Part shown: positions 26,119 through 36,272 of the stretch, piece by piece | Numbering within the stretch: position 1 is the stretch's first letter | Layout: every line of letters starts with the position of its first letter | Origin: an uncultured Candidatus Saccharibacteria bacterium | Lineage (GTDB): Bacteria > Patescibacteriota > Doudnabacteria > UBA920 | Assembly: GCA_964597895.1 (NCBI GenBank) | Contig: CAZQZS010000001.1 | Span: 81,008 to 145,007 of the forward strand | DNA length: 64,000 nt | Direction: 5' to 3' | Translations under genes and position numbers: made by a program | Notes under the pieces: generated by a model | Told to the model about the DNA's origin: nothing | The model's input: only the letters and a program-made list of their open reading frames with translations | The model's database searches: none

Positions 26119-27324
26119 ATGATTTGGCTGTACGCAAGTTTAATAGCAGCCGCGCCTCTATATATTTGGCGGTTTGAATTAGTTGGCCTGCCAACTAATT
26201 TTTTCATGGTTTATGCGTTTGCAGTGGCTTTGGTGGGAGGTTTGACTATTGTATTTCGCGGTCAAACCAAATTGGCATGGCAAGTATCAAAAGAACTTCC
26301 AGCTGTGCTAAAATGGAGCGTTTTGGCTTTTTATTTGGCTACGGTGATATCGCTATTTGTCGGAGGATTGGATTTGCCAAAGTTGGCCCAGTGGCTGGTA
26401 CTTTATGCGCTGCCGATAAAGTTAGCTGGACAATTTTATTTTTTCTTACAACAACAGTCTGACAAAAAAGCAGTGGTCTTAGGTATTATTTATGCTTTTT
26501 TGTTTGGTTCAGGTATTGCCGCGTTGGCGCAGTATTTTTGGCTGATTGGGTTGCCCCAGGACTGGTGGGGAAATAGCAATGAACCTAAACGGGCAATTGG
26601 TTTCTTCGTTCATCCAAACAATTTAGCATTATTCATAACACCATTATTGGCTTACTCTGTGCCGGACTTAAAGCTACGCTTGGAAAAATGGTGGAATTTT
26701 GGAAAGCCAATTTGGTCGCAGAATTTTCTGATCGCTTGTGCTTGGCTCGGGGGAGCAGTGGCTTTATTGCTGTCACTATCGCGCGGCGGCTGGCTGGGCA
26801 TGGTTGCTAGCTCGGCAATCTTCGTTTTCTGGGCAGGAAACAAGCGCCTGCGCTTAATAGCTTTAGCCTTGGCAGTTATCATCATATTAACAGTCGCAGC
26901 TGTGCCGAATTTGCGATATCGCGTAATTCTTCCTTTCTACGGAGAAAAGTCCAGCGTGGCGCGGCTTAGTCTGTGGGATACCGGCAGTAAGATGATAAAG
27001 GATTCGCCAATTTTGGGACAGGGAATTAACGGCTTTAATTATAACTGGGATAAGTTTAATACTGATCCGAATCTGGATCATTATAACTTTCCTCATAATT
27101 TTATTTTGAATACCTGGATTGATTTAGGATTACTAGGCTTATTGTCTTGGCTGACCATTACCGGCTGGGCGATATGGTATGGTTTTCGCAATCGGGCTAA
27201 GCCATACGCATTTGGACTGCTACTGTTTATGATTGCTCTTTTGGCTCATGGACTAATTGATATTCCGTATTTTAAAAATGACCTAGCCATGATTTATTGG
27301 CTGGTCATTGCTTTGGCCTTATAG
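26119..27324 (+). CDS. O-antigen ligase/polymerase family membrane protein
   Basis: 401 aa polytopic membrane protein with Wzy_C-like LSLSRGGWLG loop. Confidence 0.55.
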   Translation: MIWLYASLIAAAPLYIWRFELVGLPTNFFMVYAFAVALVGGLTIVFRGQTKLAWQVSKELPAVLKWSVLAFYLATVISLFVGGLDLPKLAQWLVLYALPIKLAGQFYFFLQQQSDKKAVVLGIIYAFLFGSGIAALAQYFWLIGLPQDWWGNSNEPKRAIGFFVHPNNLALFITPLLAYSVPDLKLRLEKWWNFGKPIWSQNFLIACAWLGGAVALLLSLSRGGWLGMVASSAIFVFWAGNKRLRLIALALAVIIILTVAAVPNLRYRVILPFYGEKSSVARLSLWDTGSKMIKDSPILGQGINGFNYNWDKFNTDPNLDHYNFPHNFILNTWIDLGLLGLLSWLTITGWAIWYGFRNRAKPYAFGLLLFMIALLAHGLIDIPYFKNDLAMIYWLVIALAL

Positions 27325-27352
27325 AAACCTGCTTACGCAGGTTTATTTTTTA
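27324..27352. terminator. bidirectional terminator
   Basis: aaacctgc-ttac-gcaggttt and T-run. Confidence 0.5.
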
Positions 27353-28097
27353 ATAAGTACAGCGCACCCCATAGTCCGGCCATATCATTGAGCCCGGCAA
27401 TTTTAATTTTTGGTACAGTAAAATAGTTTTTAGAAAGAGATGAGAGTTCATCTGATAATTGTTGGAGGCTCCAACCTTTATGGAAAGTCTTACCCCCACC
27501 TAGCACGACAATTTCTGACGGCCACATTAACAGACAGTTAAACAATCCTACAGCCAAAAAGTGAACTTGTTCTTTTGGGGTAGGGGAATTGTCCACTAAG
27601 TATTCCCAGTTGGTAAGTGTTTTAAAGTCTATAATTTGGTGTCCTGGCTCAAAGCTGCCTTGTCCTGCGAGCTGACCATTTACCATCCAGGATCCACCTA
27701 GTCCGGTACCGACAGCAATGTAAAGCACTTGTTTAAAACCTTTTCCTGCACCCAAATTGGCTTCCCCCAAGCCGCCTAGAACAGTATCATTTTCTAAGTA
27801 GATTGGCCGGTTAAAGTGCTGGTGAAGTTTTTCTACGATTGGAAAGTCAATCCATTTGGGTAGATTTTGTGCAGTGTTGAGTGCGGATTTTTGTTCGTTG
27901 AGCACTCCCGGCAAGCCTCCGCCAATGGCTTCAATCGGCTCTCTGCCCGAAGCATCCTCTATCAGCGTGATAAGTTTTTTAATAGCTTCTTCGGGGCGCT
28001 GCGGCGTGCGTACAATTATTGGCTCGCTTAAATTGCGACCATCTATACTGGTCGCGATTCTGATTTTTGAACCGCCGATGTCGAAAACTATCTTCAT
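27333..28097 (-). CDS. ROK/glucokinase-family sugar kinase
   Basis: MKIVFDIGGSKIRIA N-terminal ATPase motif, ENDTVLGGLGE. Confidence 0.6.
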   Translation of the reverse strand: MKIVFDIGGSKIRIATSIDGRNLSEPIIVRTPQRPEEAIKKLITLIEDASGREPIEAIGGGLPGVLNEQKSALNTAQNLPKWIDFPIVEKLHQHFNRPIYLENDTVLGGLGEANLGAGKGFKQVLYIAVGTGLGGSWMVNGQLAGQGSFEPGHQIIDFKTLTNWEYLVDNSPTPKEQVHFLAVGLFNCLLMWPSEIVVLGGGKTFHKGWSLQQLSDELSSLSKNYFTVPKIKIAGLNDMAGLWGALYLLKNKPA

Positions 28098-28098
28098 A

Positions 28099-29103
28099 TT
28101 AGTTGTTACGAAAGATTGGTTTAACTGTTTCTATGAGTGAATTGTCGTTATGAGTTTTAGCTAACCAGTACCACCATTCTGCACCCCAGAAATAATGCTG
28201 CTCTAATCCCGATCTTTTGGCATACTCAATATTCTCAAGCAGAATGTCAGAATTCATTAAGCGCTTGTGTTCTTCGTAAGGAGTTTGGACTGGTCCCGTG
28301 CCGGCAAACCATGGCTCAGCTTGAAGCTCAACCCCAAAGGCCCGATTGGCGCCACTAAACATGCGCACCCAACCTGCTTTTACGCGATAGGTCCACGCCG
28401 GCAGAGGATAGGTGGTATAACGCCGCTCTTTGTCCAAATATACTTCGCGGTACATTGTCGAGCCAAAGATATTTATGCCTGTCCAGGCTGTGGGCAGCCA
28501 GGCGCCTTTCTCGCCGCTGTCTGTGCCAATCACTGGTCGTGGGTCAAGTTCATGGATAATTGCCAGTTGCTGTCTGTATAGCTCGCGTTCAGATACAGGG
28601 CAATCTTCGCCATAATCAAAGAATGGCTCGTTTTCCAGTTGCCAGGCAAAAATATTGTCATAAGTTTGAAAGTGAGTGACAGTGTTCCGGACTTTGTTGA
28701 ACGTGGCTTCTACTTTTTGTTGACCGTCCAGAGTTTCCCACCATTCTGGCACGTGGCATTCAGGCCAGCGCGGCAATTTTCGTCCTACCGCAAGAATGAT
28801 TTGCACATCGCGCTCTTTGGCGATAGTCAGCAGTTCGTCTATTTCGCTGAAGTCGTACTGGCCTTGCTGGGCTTCAATATCGCTCCAGTAAGCTGGTAGG
28901 CGAACGTATTTTACCTGCAGCTCGTCCAACATTTGGGTAAATAACTGTTTTGGTTCAAAACCCAAGCCACGAGCATGGCTGGGAGAAAAGTTAATTCCCC
29001 AAACTGGATCATTTGTAACAGGCGCGGCAAAATACCCCGCTGCTATCAGGAGGGAAAGGGCAAGAATGATGCCGAGGATAATTTTTGCAATTTTTTTTAC
29101 CAT
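28099..29103 (-). CDS. secreted TIM-barrel glycoside hydrolase (GH5-like)
   Basis: Signal/TM N-terminus; LENEP catalytic-acid-like motif; family assignment tentative. Confidence 0.45.
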   Translation of the reverse strand: MVKKIAKIILGIILALSLLIAAGYFAAPVTNDPVWGINFSPSHARGLGFEPKQLFTQMLDELQVKYVRLPAYWSDIEAQQGQYDFSEIDELLTIAKERDVQIILAVGRKLPRWPECHVPEWWETLDGQQKVEATFNKVRNTVTHFQTYDNIFAWQLENEPFFDYGEDCPVSERELYRQQLAIIHELDPRPVIGTDSGEKGAWLPTAWTGINIFGSTMYREVYLDKERRYTTYPLPAWTYRVKAGWVRMFSGANRAFGVELQAEPWFAGTGPVQTPYEEHKRLMNSDILLENIEYAKRSGLEQHYFWGAEWWYWLAKTHNDNSLIETVKPIFRNN

Positions 29104-29993
29104 TGCGTCAGTAAAATTAGGCCAGCGCTAATCATGGCGATAGCAAACAGTTTTTGGAAGATGATAGCCCTGGTCACTTCTTCTTTCAGGATTTTTGGGA
29201 AATACTTGGACAGCGCCACTGTGCCGATTAACAGCAAGGCATACTGCGTGCCTTGCATGGCATTGACGATAGTTACGCTTCCCAAACTGATTGCGTAGTT
29301 TTGCAGAAAGCCAGCGATACTGCCACTCACCCGAGCGCCGTAGTAAAGGTATTTGCTACCAGTGGAAGTTTGCTTCGGCGCATTGAATACAGCTTTGCGA
29401 ACATCTTTAGGAATAAGAAAGCTTAAGGCTACAGCAAAGAAACCTAAACGCGTCCAGATCAGTCCCGAAACTAAATTGTAGTTGTCAAAAATGTACTTCG
29501 TTAAAACGAACGACAGCGCAAACAATATTGCGGCGATCACGGCGTTGGTAAGCGCACGGGAATGCCAGCCAGTCTTTTCTTGTTTGAATGAGATTAGTAC
29601 TGCGCCGCTAACTAAAAAGGCGAAAGCTGCCAGCTGGGTTGGCAGAAGTCGTTCGCCTAAGATTAAGTACGCAAATAATAGAGTAAACACAGGCACCAGC
29701 CCGCCTTCAATCGGTAATATTCTTGAAATAGAAGTTTGGCGAGTCGCTTTGTATAAGAAGTACAGTGCCCAGACAAAAGTCGCGCCGCCGAACAACGCCA
29801 CAAAAAAATCCGAGAATGAAATTAGCTTTAAGCCAAACGGAGCCAACACCAAAGTGAGTGGACCGGTGATGCCGATGTAAAATGCGTATACTGCCGGCGA
29901 GCGAACTTCCTTGGTTAGTAAAAATTTATCAATGATGCCATTAATCGCGTAAAGCGAGTAGGCGATAATGGCTATGGTGATATAAAAGCTCAT
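29097..29993 (-). CDS. EamA/DMT-family permease
   Basis: 298 aa, about 10 TM helices, duplicated EamA-like halves. Confidence 0.5.
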   Translation of the reverse strand: MSFYITIAIIAYSLYAINGIIDKFLLTKEVRSPAVYAFYIGITGPLTLVLAPFGLKLISFSDFFVALFGGATFVWALYFLYKATRQTSISRILPIEGGLVPVFTLLFAYLILGERLLPTQLAAFAFLVSGAVLISFKQEKTGWHSRALTNAVIAAILFALSFVLTKYIFDNYNLVSGLIWTRLGFFAVALSFLIPKDVRKAVFNAPKQTSTGSKYLYYGARVSGSIAGFLQNYAISLGSVTIVNAMQGTQYALLLIGTVALSKYFPKILKEEVTRAIIFQKLFAIAMISAGLILLTQW

Positions 29994-31171
29994 ACGATTT
30001 GTTTAAAGATGTCTGCACTTGGTCTGATGGTGCGCTTTTGGTTTTCAAAATTAACTTCCACTAATCCGAATTTGGGGTCATAGCCGTCGTGCCATTCGTA
30101 AGTGTCAGTGAGTGTCCAGTAAAAGTATCCTCGCACATCTGCTCCGTCTTGGTTGGCTTTACTGATCCATTCTAGGTGTTCGCGAATATAATCCTGTCGC
30201 ATGTCGTCGCGGGCGTTGGCTATGCCATTCTCTGTTATGTAAATAGGTTTGTTGTAGCGCTTATGCAGTTCCATAACGAGATAATAAATACCTTTCGGGT
30301 AGGTGCGCCAGCCCATGTCTGATTTCGGTCCCTCTAAGTTTTTTTGCTTGATGCCATCAAGGCCAACCGACAAAGAATGATAGAAATAATAGTTGAGTCC
30401 GATGAAGTCAAGATGATCTTTGATCATATTTAGAAACCAGTAGTTACCGTACCAGTCATTAATTTTTACTGCCAGACTGTCTAAAAAGTTATCCTTTCGG
30501 TACGCTTCGTTGTATACGTTGTTTTTAGCAATCCCGATCTTCGCTTCTGGTTGAATTGACTTTATGGCCGAATAAGCTTGGCGGTGAGCTTTGGCTAAGA
30601 TTGTAAAGTGGGCTAGTGCGGTTAAGGGGTTTTGCGAGAAGGGCGGCCAGAGCCCTTTGATGTAACCCATGTAGGTGAGCACTTCTGGTTCGTTGATAGT
30701 GTTCCAGAGATCAATTTCTTCGCCGAGCTCTTTTGCGATCAGTTTTGCATAACGTACAAAGTAACTTACATTTTTGTGTGAAGTAAATCCACCCTGTTTT
30801 GCAAACCACTGTGGAAGCGTAAAGTGAAACAGCGTGACCATGCGCGTGAGTCCTTTGGCTTTCATGGTTTCTAGTACACGGTGATAGTGCGCGATTGCGG
30901 CGACATCAAATTGGCCTTCTTGAGGTTCTATACGGCTCCACTCAATAGAGATGCGCATAGCATTGAGTCCGATGTTTTTGGCTAGATCAAAATCTTCCTC
31001 AAAGCGATGGTAATGATCTGTTGCCAGGCCTGATTTAGGGAGTTGGCCTAATTGTTCAAAAGCCCACCAATCATTGTGCGAGTTATTGCCTTCTACTTGG
31101 TGGCTACTGGAAGCCGCACCAAGCAAGAAACTTTTCGGTAATAGTATTGGTGTTGGTTTCAAGTCAGTCAT
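29990..31171 (-). CDS. glycoside hydrolase family 1 beta-glucosidase
   Basis: TINEPEV (acid/base) and IYITENGIA (nucleophile) GH1 signatures. Confidence 0.85.
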   Translation of the reverse strand: MTDLKPTPILLPKSFLLGAASSSHQVEGNNSHNDWWAFEQLGQLPKSGLATDHYHRFEEDFDLAKNIGLNAMRISIEWSRIEPQEGQFDVAAIAHYHRVLETMKAKGLTRMVTLFHFTLPQWFAKQGGFTSHKNVSYFVRYAKLIAKELGEEIDLWNTINEPEVLTYMGYIKGLWPPFSQNPLTALAHFTILAKAHRQAYSAIKSIQPEAKIGIAKNNVYNEAYRKDNFLDSLAVKINDWYGNYWFLNMIKDHLDFIGLNYYFYHSLSVGLDGIKQKNLEGPKSDMGWRTYPKGIYYLVMELHKRYNKPIYITENGIANARDDMRQDYIREHLEWISKANQDGADVRGYFYWTLTDTYEWHDGYDPKFGLVEVNFENQKRTIRPSADIFKQIV

Positions 31172-31392
31172 TAGTAATTTAATTATACTATAAAATGTGC
31201 AGTTTTTTTTGGGACATGAGCTATCTAATTATATGTTGTAAGTTCCTTGCTAAGATGTAAAAAATATGTTATAATTATATTAACTTAGCAGTTTTACTGC
31301 CTAGAAATAGAAACAAAAATACAATTTATCCTAAAGATTATCTGCAGTCTTAAGCATTTCTTTTTGAGTCTGCTGCATCTTTGTAGCGTTAA

Positions 31393-34300
31393 ATGAAAAG
31401 ATTTTATTGGTTCACAATATTTGCGGTCGCGACTTTGGTAGCTGTGGGGCTAGTGGCTCGGTACTTGGACTTGCGCTATATTCCCAGCGGCGCGGATCAG
31501 CAAGTGATAGAAATTACAGCTCGGACTACTGATACTTATGTTGATGCAACTTCTGCAATCAGAGATGGTATAACTCAACTCTCCTCTGGCAATGGGGGAG
31601 TGTTATTTTTTGGTCCTGGTAAATATTTAGTTAGAGAAACAATTGTAGTACCTTCAAATATCACTATTCAAGGCGTCGGCGCTGGTGAAGTTGGGCCAAC
31701 AATGTTAATCTTGGGCACCGACCAAGATATGAATGCTTCTGGTGTGGCGTTGTTAGAAATACAGCCGGGCGCGGAAAATGTAATCATTCAGGATATTGAA
31801 TTGCGCTCCATGACTCCTGGTCCAAATGTTTACCCGCGGTATGATACTGTTAGGATTCGTGATGAGAACACCACAGCTATCCGTATCCCTGGTGGAAGCG
31901 CTACGACTCGTAATTTGCAATTCGAAAATGTCCGCATCGTTAACTTTACTTACGGGATAGATGTTGGTGCGAGTGATGGTAATAATTACAGTATCAGGGA
32001 TGTGAAAATCAAAAGTTTATCTAGCGGTGTTAATCACTGGGCTATGCGAGTGCGTAGTACTAGTGCTACTAATTGGGATCTACAAAATTTTAATGTAGTG
32101 GAGATGCTGGAGGGACAGAATGGTATCTTGTTTGAACGAGCCGGTAAGATGAGTTTTATGCAACTATCTTGCGCGTCCACTTTGCACAATGCTGCGCTGT
32201 GCTTAGATATTAGGGAGCGCTCTGGCGAGCTTTATTTTGTGCAAGCCCATGTAGAGGGGCCAGCTGAAGGCTTTAGGGTAAAGCAACAAAGTTCTCAGCC
32301 AATCTATTTTGTAAATTCAGCTCTGGCAGGTTATGTGGAGCAAGAGAGTGTAATTTACAGTCTCGCCAATAGGTATTGGTCACAGCTGTCATCTAATCGT
32401 ATTCATTTCACTGGGCCAGGCAGTAGTTCTACGCTGTACAGGTGCGGTGATGTATTTACCAATGGGGCTCCGAATCCGCTTGAGGTTTTACCGGCAGAGT
32501 TGTATCCAGGTCTAAGCAGTCTGCCAGAAGAGTGTAACTTTGACCTTAGTTCAATAGCGGTAAATTTTGACACTCACACAGTACCATTTACAGCTTTAGA
32601 TTGGATAATTTCTGGGAACAGTCCATCTGCTGCATATTTAAATGTGCGAAATTTTGGTGCAGTTGGTGATGGCGTGACAGATGATACAGCCGCCTTTCGT
32701 ACAGCTTTGCAAGAGGCCGGTTTTTGGTACAACAGTACGATTGTCGTACCGAATGGCATTTATCGAATCTCCGATACGCTGGTGCTAGACGACGGGATTA
32801 GTATTGTTGGGGCAGGGAATAGCACACTTTTCTTTACAGCCACGGATAAGCCTCTGTTTTTGGTAAGGGCGATGCAGTCAGACACGATTATTAAACGAGG
32901 TATTTCTTTGCAAGCTCTACAAATAGAGCAGGCTAATGCTTCTGACCTTGGCCAGACTACAGCAGTTGAACTGTCCGGCAATCGCGGGGCGGCAAGCGAT
33001 TTTATATTTGAAGATTTAGTGATTAGCAATTTCAATAAAGGCATCATTGTGAAGAATGACAGCGGTGCATTTGATGAGCAACAGCCTCAATTTGATTCTA
33101 TTGCGTTGAGAAATTTAATCTTCTCTAATAACAATATCAGTATAGAGATGAGAGATCAGAATGCGTCTAATTGGAATATTATCAATACCCAAATTCAATC
33201 CATGCGAGTTGGGCAAACAGGAATTAAAGTTGATGGAGGACATGTCGCGATTTCAGATTTAGAATGTGATGGACAATCAGCGCAGAATAAAGCCGAGGCC
33301 TGCATACATTTGTCTAGGCATAGCAATGTGTATGTAGAAAGAGTTCAATCCAGTAACAACAAATTTGCTATGTATGTGGAATGGCCGATCGGTTACATGC
33401 CTTTCCCTGTAGTCGTGAAAGACAGCGACTTGCGCGATGGCTTTTACGCAGCAGGAAAAATATACTTGCTTAGCGTTAACAATATTTTTACAGACAATGG
33501 GCAGGGCGATCCGTTAGGATCGCAGGCTACCTTTTTTAATTCTTCTGGCTCAGATAATCCAGCCAATGTTTATCCTGGCATTGATAGTCGCGTGCGCTCA
33601 TGTAGTGATGAGTTTCGGACTCTCCAAGGAGAACCTTCTGTTAACCCGCCATTTGTTGGGTTAACTAACGCACCAGTAATATGTTCTGCAGTGGTACCCC
33701 CTCCGCCACCTCCCACTGACACCACTGCTCCAGTGATGAGTAATGGTGCACCAAGCAGTAACCAGCCAGCTGGTACCACTCAGGTAGCTATGTCTTTAAC
33801 CACTGATGAATCAGCCACCTGTAAGTATGGCACAGCTACTAACCAAACCTATGCCAATAAACCTAACACCTTTGCAACAACCGGAGCCACCACTCACTCA
33901 ACTACACTCACAGGCTTAACCAACGGCACATCTTACACCTACAGAGTAAGATGCCAAGACACTGCAGGCAATGCTAACACCACTGACTTAGTTATCTCCT
34001 TTGCTGTTTCTAGTCCAGCAGGGGACACCACCGCTCCAACTGTCAGCTTAACTGCTCCAAGCGCTAATGCCACAGTCTCTGGCTCAAGTGTCACTGTCTC
34101 TGCCTCCGCCTCCGACAATGTCGGTGTAGTAGGAGTCCAGTTTAAGCTAGACGGCTCTAATCTTGGAGCAGAAGATACCTCTTCTCCATACAGCATCACC
34201 TGGAACACTACCACAGCTTCTAATGGCACTCATAGTCTAACTGCAGTAGCTAGAGATAGCGCTGGCAACACTACCACCAGTACTGCGGTCTCAGTGACTG

Positions 34301-35292
34301 TTTCTAACACTATCCCTCCTGCAACTGTAGCTAACCCAAGTATCTCACCTAATGGCGGCAGCTTTACGTCTAGCCAGCAAGTTACTCTCTCTACTGCAAC
34401 CACTGGTGCATCTATTAGATATACTACCGATGGTTCAAACCCAACCTCTTCTAATGGCGCTCTCTACAGCAGTCCATTTACTATTACCTCAACTACTACC
34501 ATTAAAGCTATTGCTTACCAGACTGGCTCTACTGATTCAGCTGTTACCTCAGCTACCTTTACTCTCAGCACTCCACCATCATCTGGCGGAGGAGGCGGCG
34601 GAGGAGGCGGCGGAAGCAGTAATCGTCCTCCAAGCACTCCTCCTGGTACTCCTAATCCTCCAAGCACCCCTTCACCATCTGGTGTAGTCCTTCCTCCTAA
34701 TGTGATTGCTGGTCAAACCATCAAGTTCCCAGATAGCCCTGCTGTCTACTTAGTTCAGTCAACAGGCCTGCATCCTTTTGACACTTATGCCTCGTTGCAA
34801 GCCTATCAAGCAGTCAGTGGTGCTGTCATCATCACAAGAAGCGGAACTGCCTCTACTTATACAGTTTCTCCAGTTTTCGCTCGTACCATACTAGATCAGG
34901 GTGGTAATCCGGTTCCTAGCAGCTCTCCACCTGCCAATGGTACCAACTTTGTCTGTTCTGGCAATCCAACTATTTACTACATGCATAATTCACAGAAGTT
35001 AGCGTACAGTGAGCTAGCTTCGTATCAGGCGTGGAATGGTAACAGCTTTGCTGGGGTAATAAGCTTACCTGTTAGTACTTGCGCGACAATTCCTAGTGGC
35101 GGGATTGTACCGATGCCAGAAGGTAGTATTGTAAAAATTCCTGGCGGTCCCGAAATTTATAGAATTGAGGGTACAACTGCCAGACCCTTTACAAGCTACT
35201 CTGCGTTTCTAAGAGACTCCGCAGGCAAAATTACATACACAATTTCGGTTCCTTACTTGCATACTTACTCTCGGGGAGAAAATATTAATTAA
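31393..35292 (+). CDS. large secreted protein with pectate-lyase-like beta-helix, Ig-like domains and a poly-Gly linker
   Basis: 1299 aa; NVRNFGAVGDGVTDDTAAF pectate_lyase_3 motif; Ig-like repeats; chitobiase/beta-hexosaminidase C-terminal-like motif (TIKAIAYQTG); G11 run at 34585-34615. Confidence 0.6.
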   Translation: MKRFYWFTIFAVATLVAVGLVARYLDLRYIPSGADQQVIEITARTTDTYVDATSAIRDGITQLSSGNGGVLFFGPGKYLVRETIVVPSNITIQGVGAGEVGPTMLILGTDQDMNASGVALLEIQPGAENVIIQDIELRSMTPGPNVYPRYDTVRIRDENTTAIRIPGGSATTRNLQFENVRIVNFTYGIDVGASDGNNYSIRDVKIKSLSSGVNHWAMRVRSTSATNWDLQNFNVVEMLEGQNGILFERAGKMSFMQLSCASTLHNAALCLDIRERSGELYFVQAHVEGPAEGFRVKQQSSQPIYFVNSALAGYVEQESVIYSLANRYWSQLSSNRIHFTGPGSSSTLYRCGDVFTNGAPNPLEVLPAELYPGLSSLPEECNFDLSSIAVNFDTHTVPFTALDWIISGNSPSAAYLNVRNFGAVGDGVTDDTAAFRTALQEAGFWYNSTIVVPNGIYRISDTLVLDDGISIVGAGNSTLFFTATDKPLFLVRAMQSDTIIKRGISLQALQIEQANASDLGQTTAVELSGNRGAASDFIFEDLVISNFNKGIIVKNDSGAFDEQQPQFDSIALRNLIFSNNNISIEMRDQNASNWNIINTQIQSMRVGQTGIKVDGGHVAISDLECDGQSAQNKAEACIHLSRHSNVYVERVQSSNNKFAMYVEWPIGYMPFPVVVKDSDLRDGFYAAGKIYLLSVNNIFTDNGQGDPLGSQATFFNSSGSDNPANVYPGIDSRVRSCSDEFRTLQGEPSVNPPFVGLTNAPVICSAVVPPPPPPTDTTAPVMSNGAPSSNQPAGTTQVAMSLTTDESATCKYGTATNQTYANKPNTFATTGATTHSTTLTGLTNGTSYTYRVRCQDTAGNANTTDLVISFAVSSPAGDTTAPTVSLTAPSANATVSGSSVTVSASASDNVGVVGVQFKLDGSNLGAEDTSSPYSITWNTTTASNGTHSLTAVARDSAGNTTTSTAVSVTVSNTIPPATVANPSISPNGGSFTSSQQVTLSTATTGASIRYTTDGSNPTSSNGALYSSPFTITSTTTIKAIAYQTGSTDSAVTSATFTLSTPPSSGGGGGGGGGGSSNRPPSTPPGTPNPPSTPSPSGVVLPPNVIAGQTIKFPDSPAVYLVQSTGLHPFDTYASLQAYQAVSGAVIITRSGTASTYTVSPVFARTILDQGGNPVPSSSPPANGTNFVCSGNPTIYYMHNSQKLAYSELASYQAWNGNSFAGVISLPVSTCATIPSGGIVPMPEGSIVKIPGGPEIYRIEGTTARPFTSYSAFLRDSAGKITYTISVPYLHTYSRGENIN

Positions 35293-35304
35293 CTGAAAAA
35301 GCTA

Positions 35305-35328
35305 AAACCGCCCTTTTGGGCGGTTTTA
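35305..35328. terminator. bidirectional terminator
   Basis: aaaaccgccc-tttt-gggcggtttt. Confidence 0.5.
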
Positions 35329-36033
35329 AAATGGCAATTTCATCGGCACATCAATGGCGATGAATTCTGAATCAGCTGAGGCTTTAATTAGAATATCTGC
35401 TTCGTCCATAATGCGTGCTTGGTCTTCTTTCTCAAACTCAACCCCATTGATTGTAAGTTTTCCTTGTTTAATATAGATGAATAAACCGCGATCATTTTCT
35501 AATTGGTAACGAATTGTTTTGTCTGAATCAAGTTTGGCCAAGTAGATTGTGGATGCGGTGCGGATTTTGATTGCGTCTGGTTTGTTTTGCCCGGAAGCAA
35601 CTGGTATCAGCTGATTCATCGTCATATTGCTAAATCCCTTTTGGGCATATTGGGGCTGTTGATTTTGCTCGTCGGGGAAAATCCAGATCTGGTAAAGATG
35701 TATCGGTTCTTTCTGCTGGTTGACTTCGGCGTGCGTAACGCCAGTGCCTGCAGACATGTATTGCACCTCGCCGGTTTTGATTTGGCCAGTGTTGCCCAGG
35801 CTGTCCTGGTGGGTTAGTGTGCCTTTATGGACGATTGTGATGATTTCCATGTTGTCATGGCTGTGCGCGCCAAAACCAGATTCGCCGTCTATGTAGTCAT
35901 CATTAAATACGCGCAGTGCGCCAAAGTTCATATTGCCTCGGTCGTGATACATGTTGAACGAAAAGAGGTGGTAGGTTTTTAGCCAGTCATGCTCGGCTTT
36001 ATAGCGATTGCTGGCTGGAATTTTTCTAATCAT
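35326..36033 (-). CDS. pirin-family cupin protein
   Basis: 235 aa; HSHDNMEIITIVHKG metal-binding cupin region typical of pirin. Confidence 0.65.
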   Translation of the reverse strand: MIRKIPASNRYKAEHDWLKTYHLFSFNMYHDRGNMNFGALRVFNDDYIDGESGFGAHSHDNMEIITIVHKGTLTHQDSLGNTGQIKTGEVQYMSAGTGVTHAEVNQQKEPIHLYQIWIFPDEQNQQPQYAQKGFSNMTMNQLIPVASGQNKPDAIKIRTASTIYLAKLDSDKTIRYQLENDRGLFIYIKQGKLTINGVEFEKEDQARIMDEADILIKASADSEFIAIDVPMKLPF

Positions 36034-36076
36034 AATATGAGCATAACAAAAAACCGCCCTGAAGGCGATCTATTGC

Positions 36077-36153
36077 TGGGGTGGCTGACGGGTTTTGAAC
36101 CCGCTGCCTCCGCTGCCACAGAGCGGCGCTCTACCGATTGAGCTACAGCCACC
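36077..36153 (-). tRNA. tRNA-His (anticodon GUG) with encoded G-1
   Basis: Manual cloverleaf: extra 5' G pairing with C73, anticodon loop CTGTGGC, T-arm GCGGG-TTCAAAA-CCCGT, CCA encoded. Confidence 0.85.
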
Positions 36154-36272
36154 ATATAAAATAAAAACTCGCACACAGCGAGATGTTTCAAGACTCATAT
36201 CTGCTGTGCCAGATAGGGATTAATCCGAAGCCATTATAGCCCAAAAAAAGCGCCGAGTCAATCGGCGATTTT

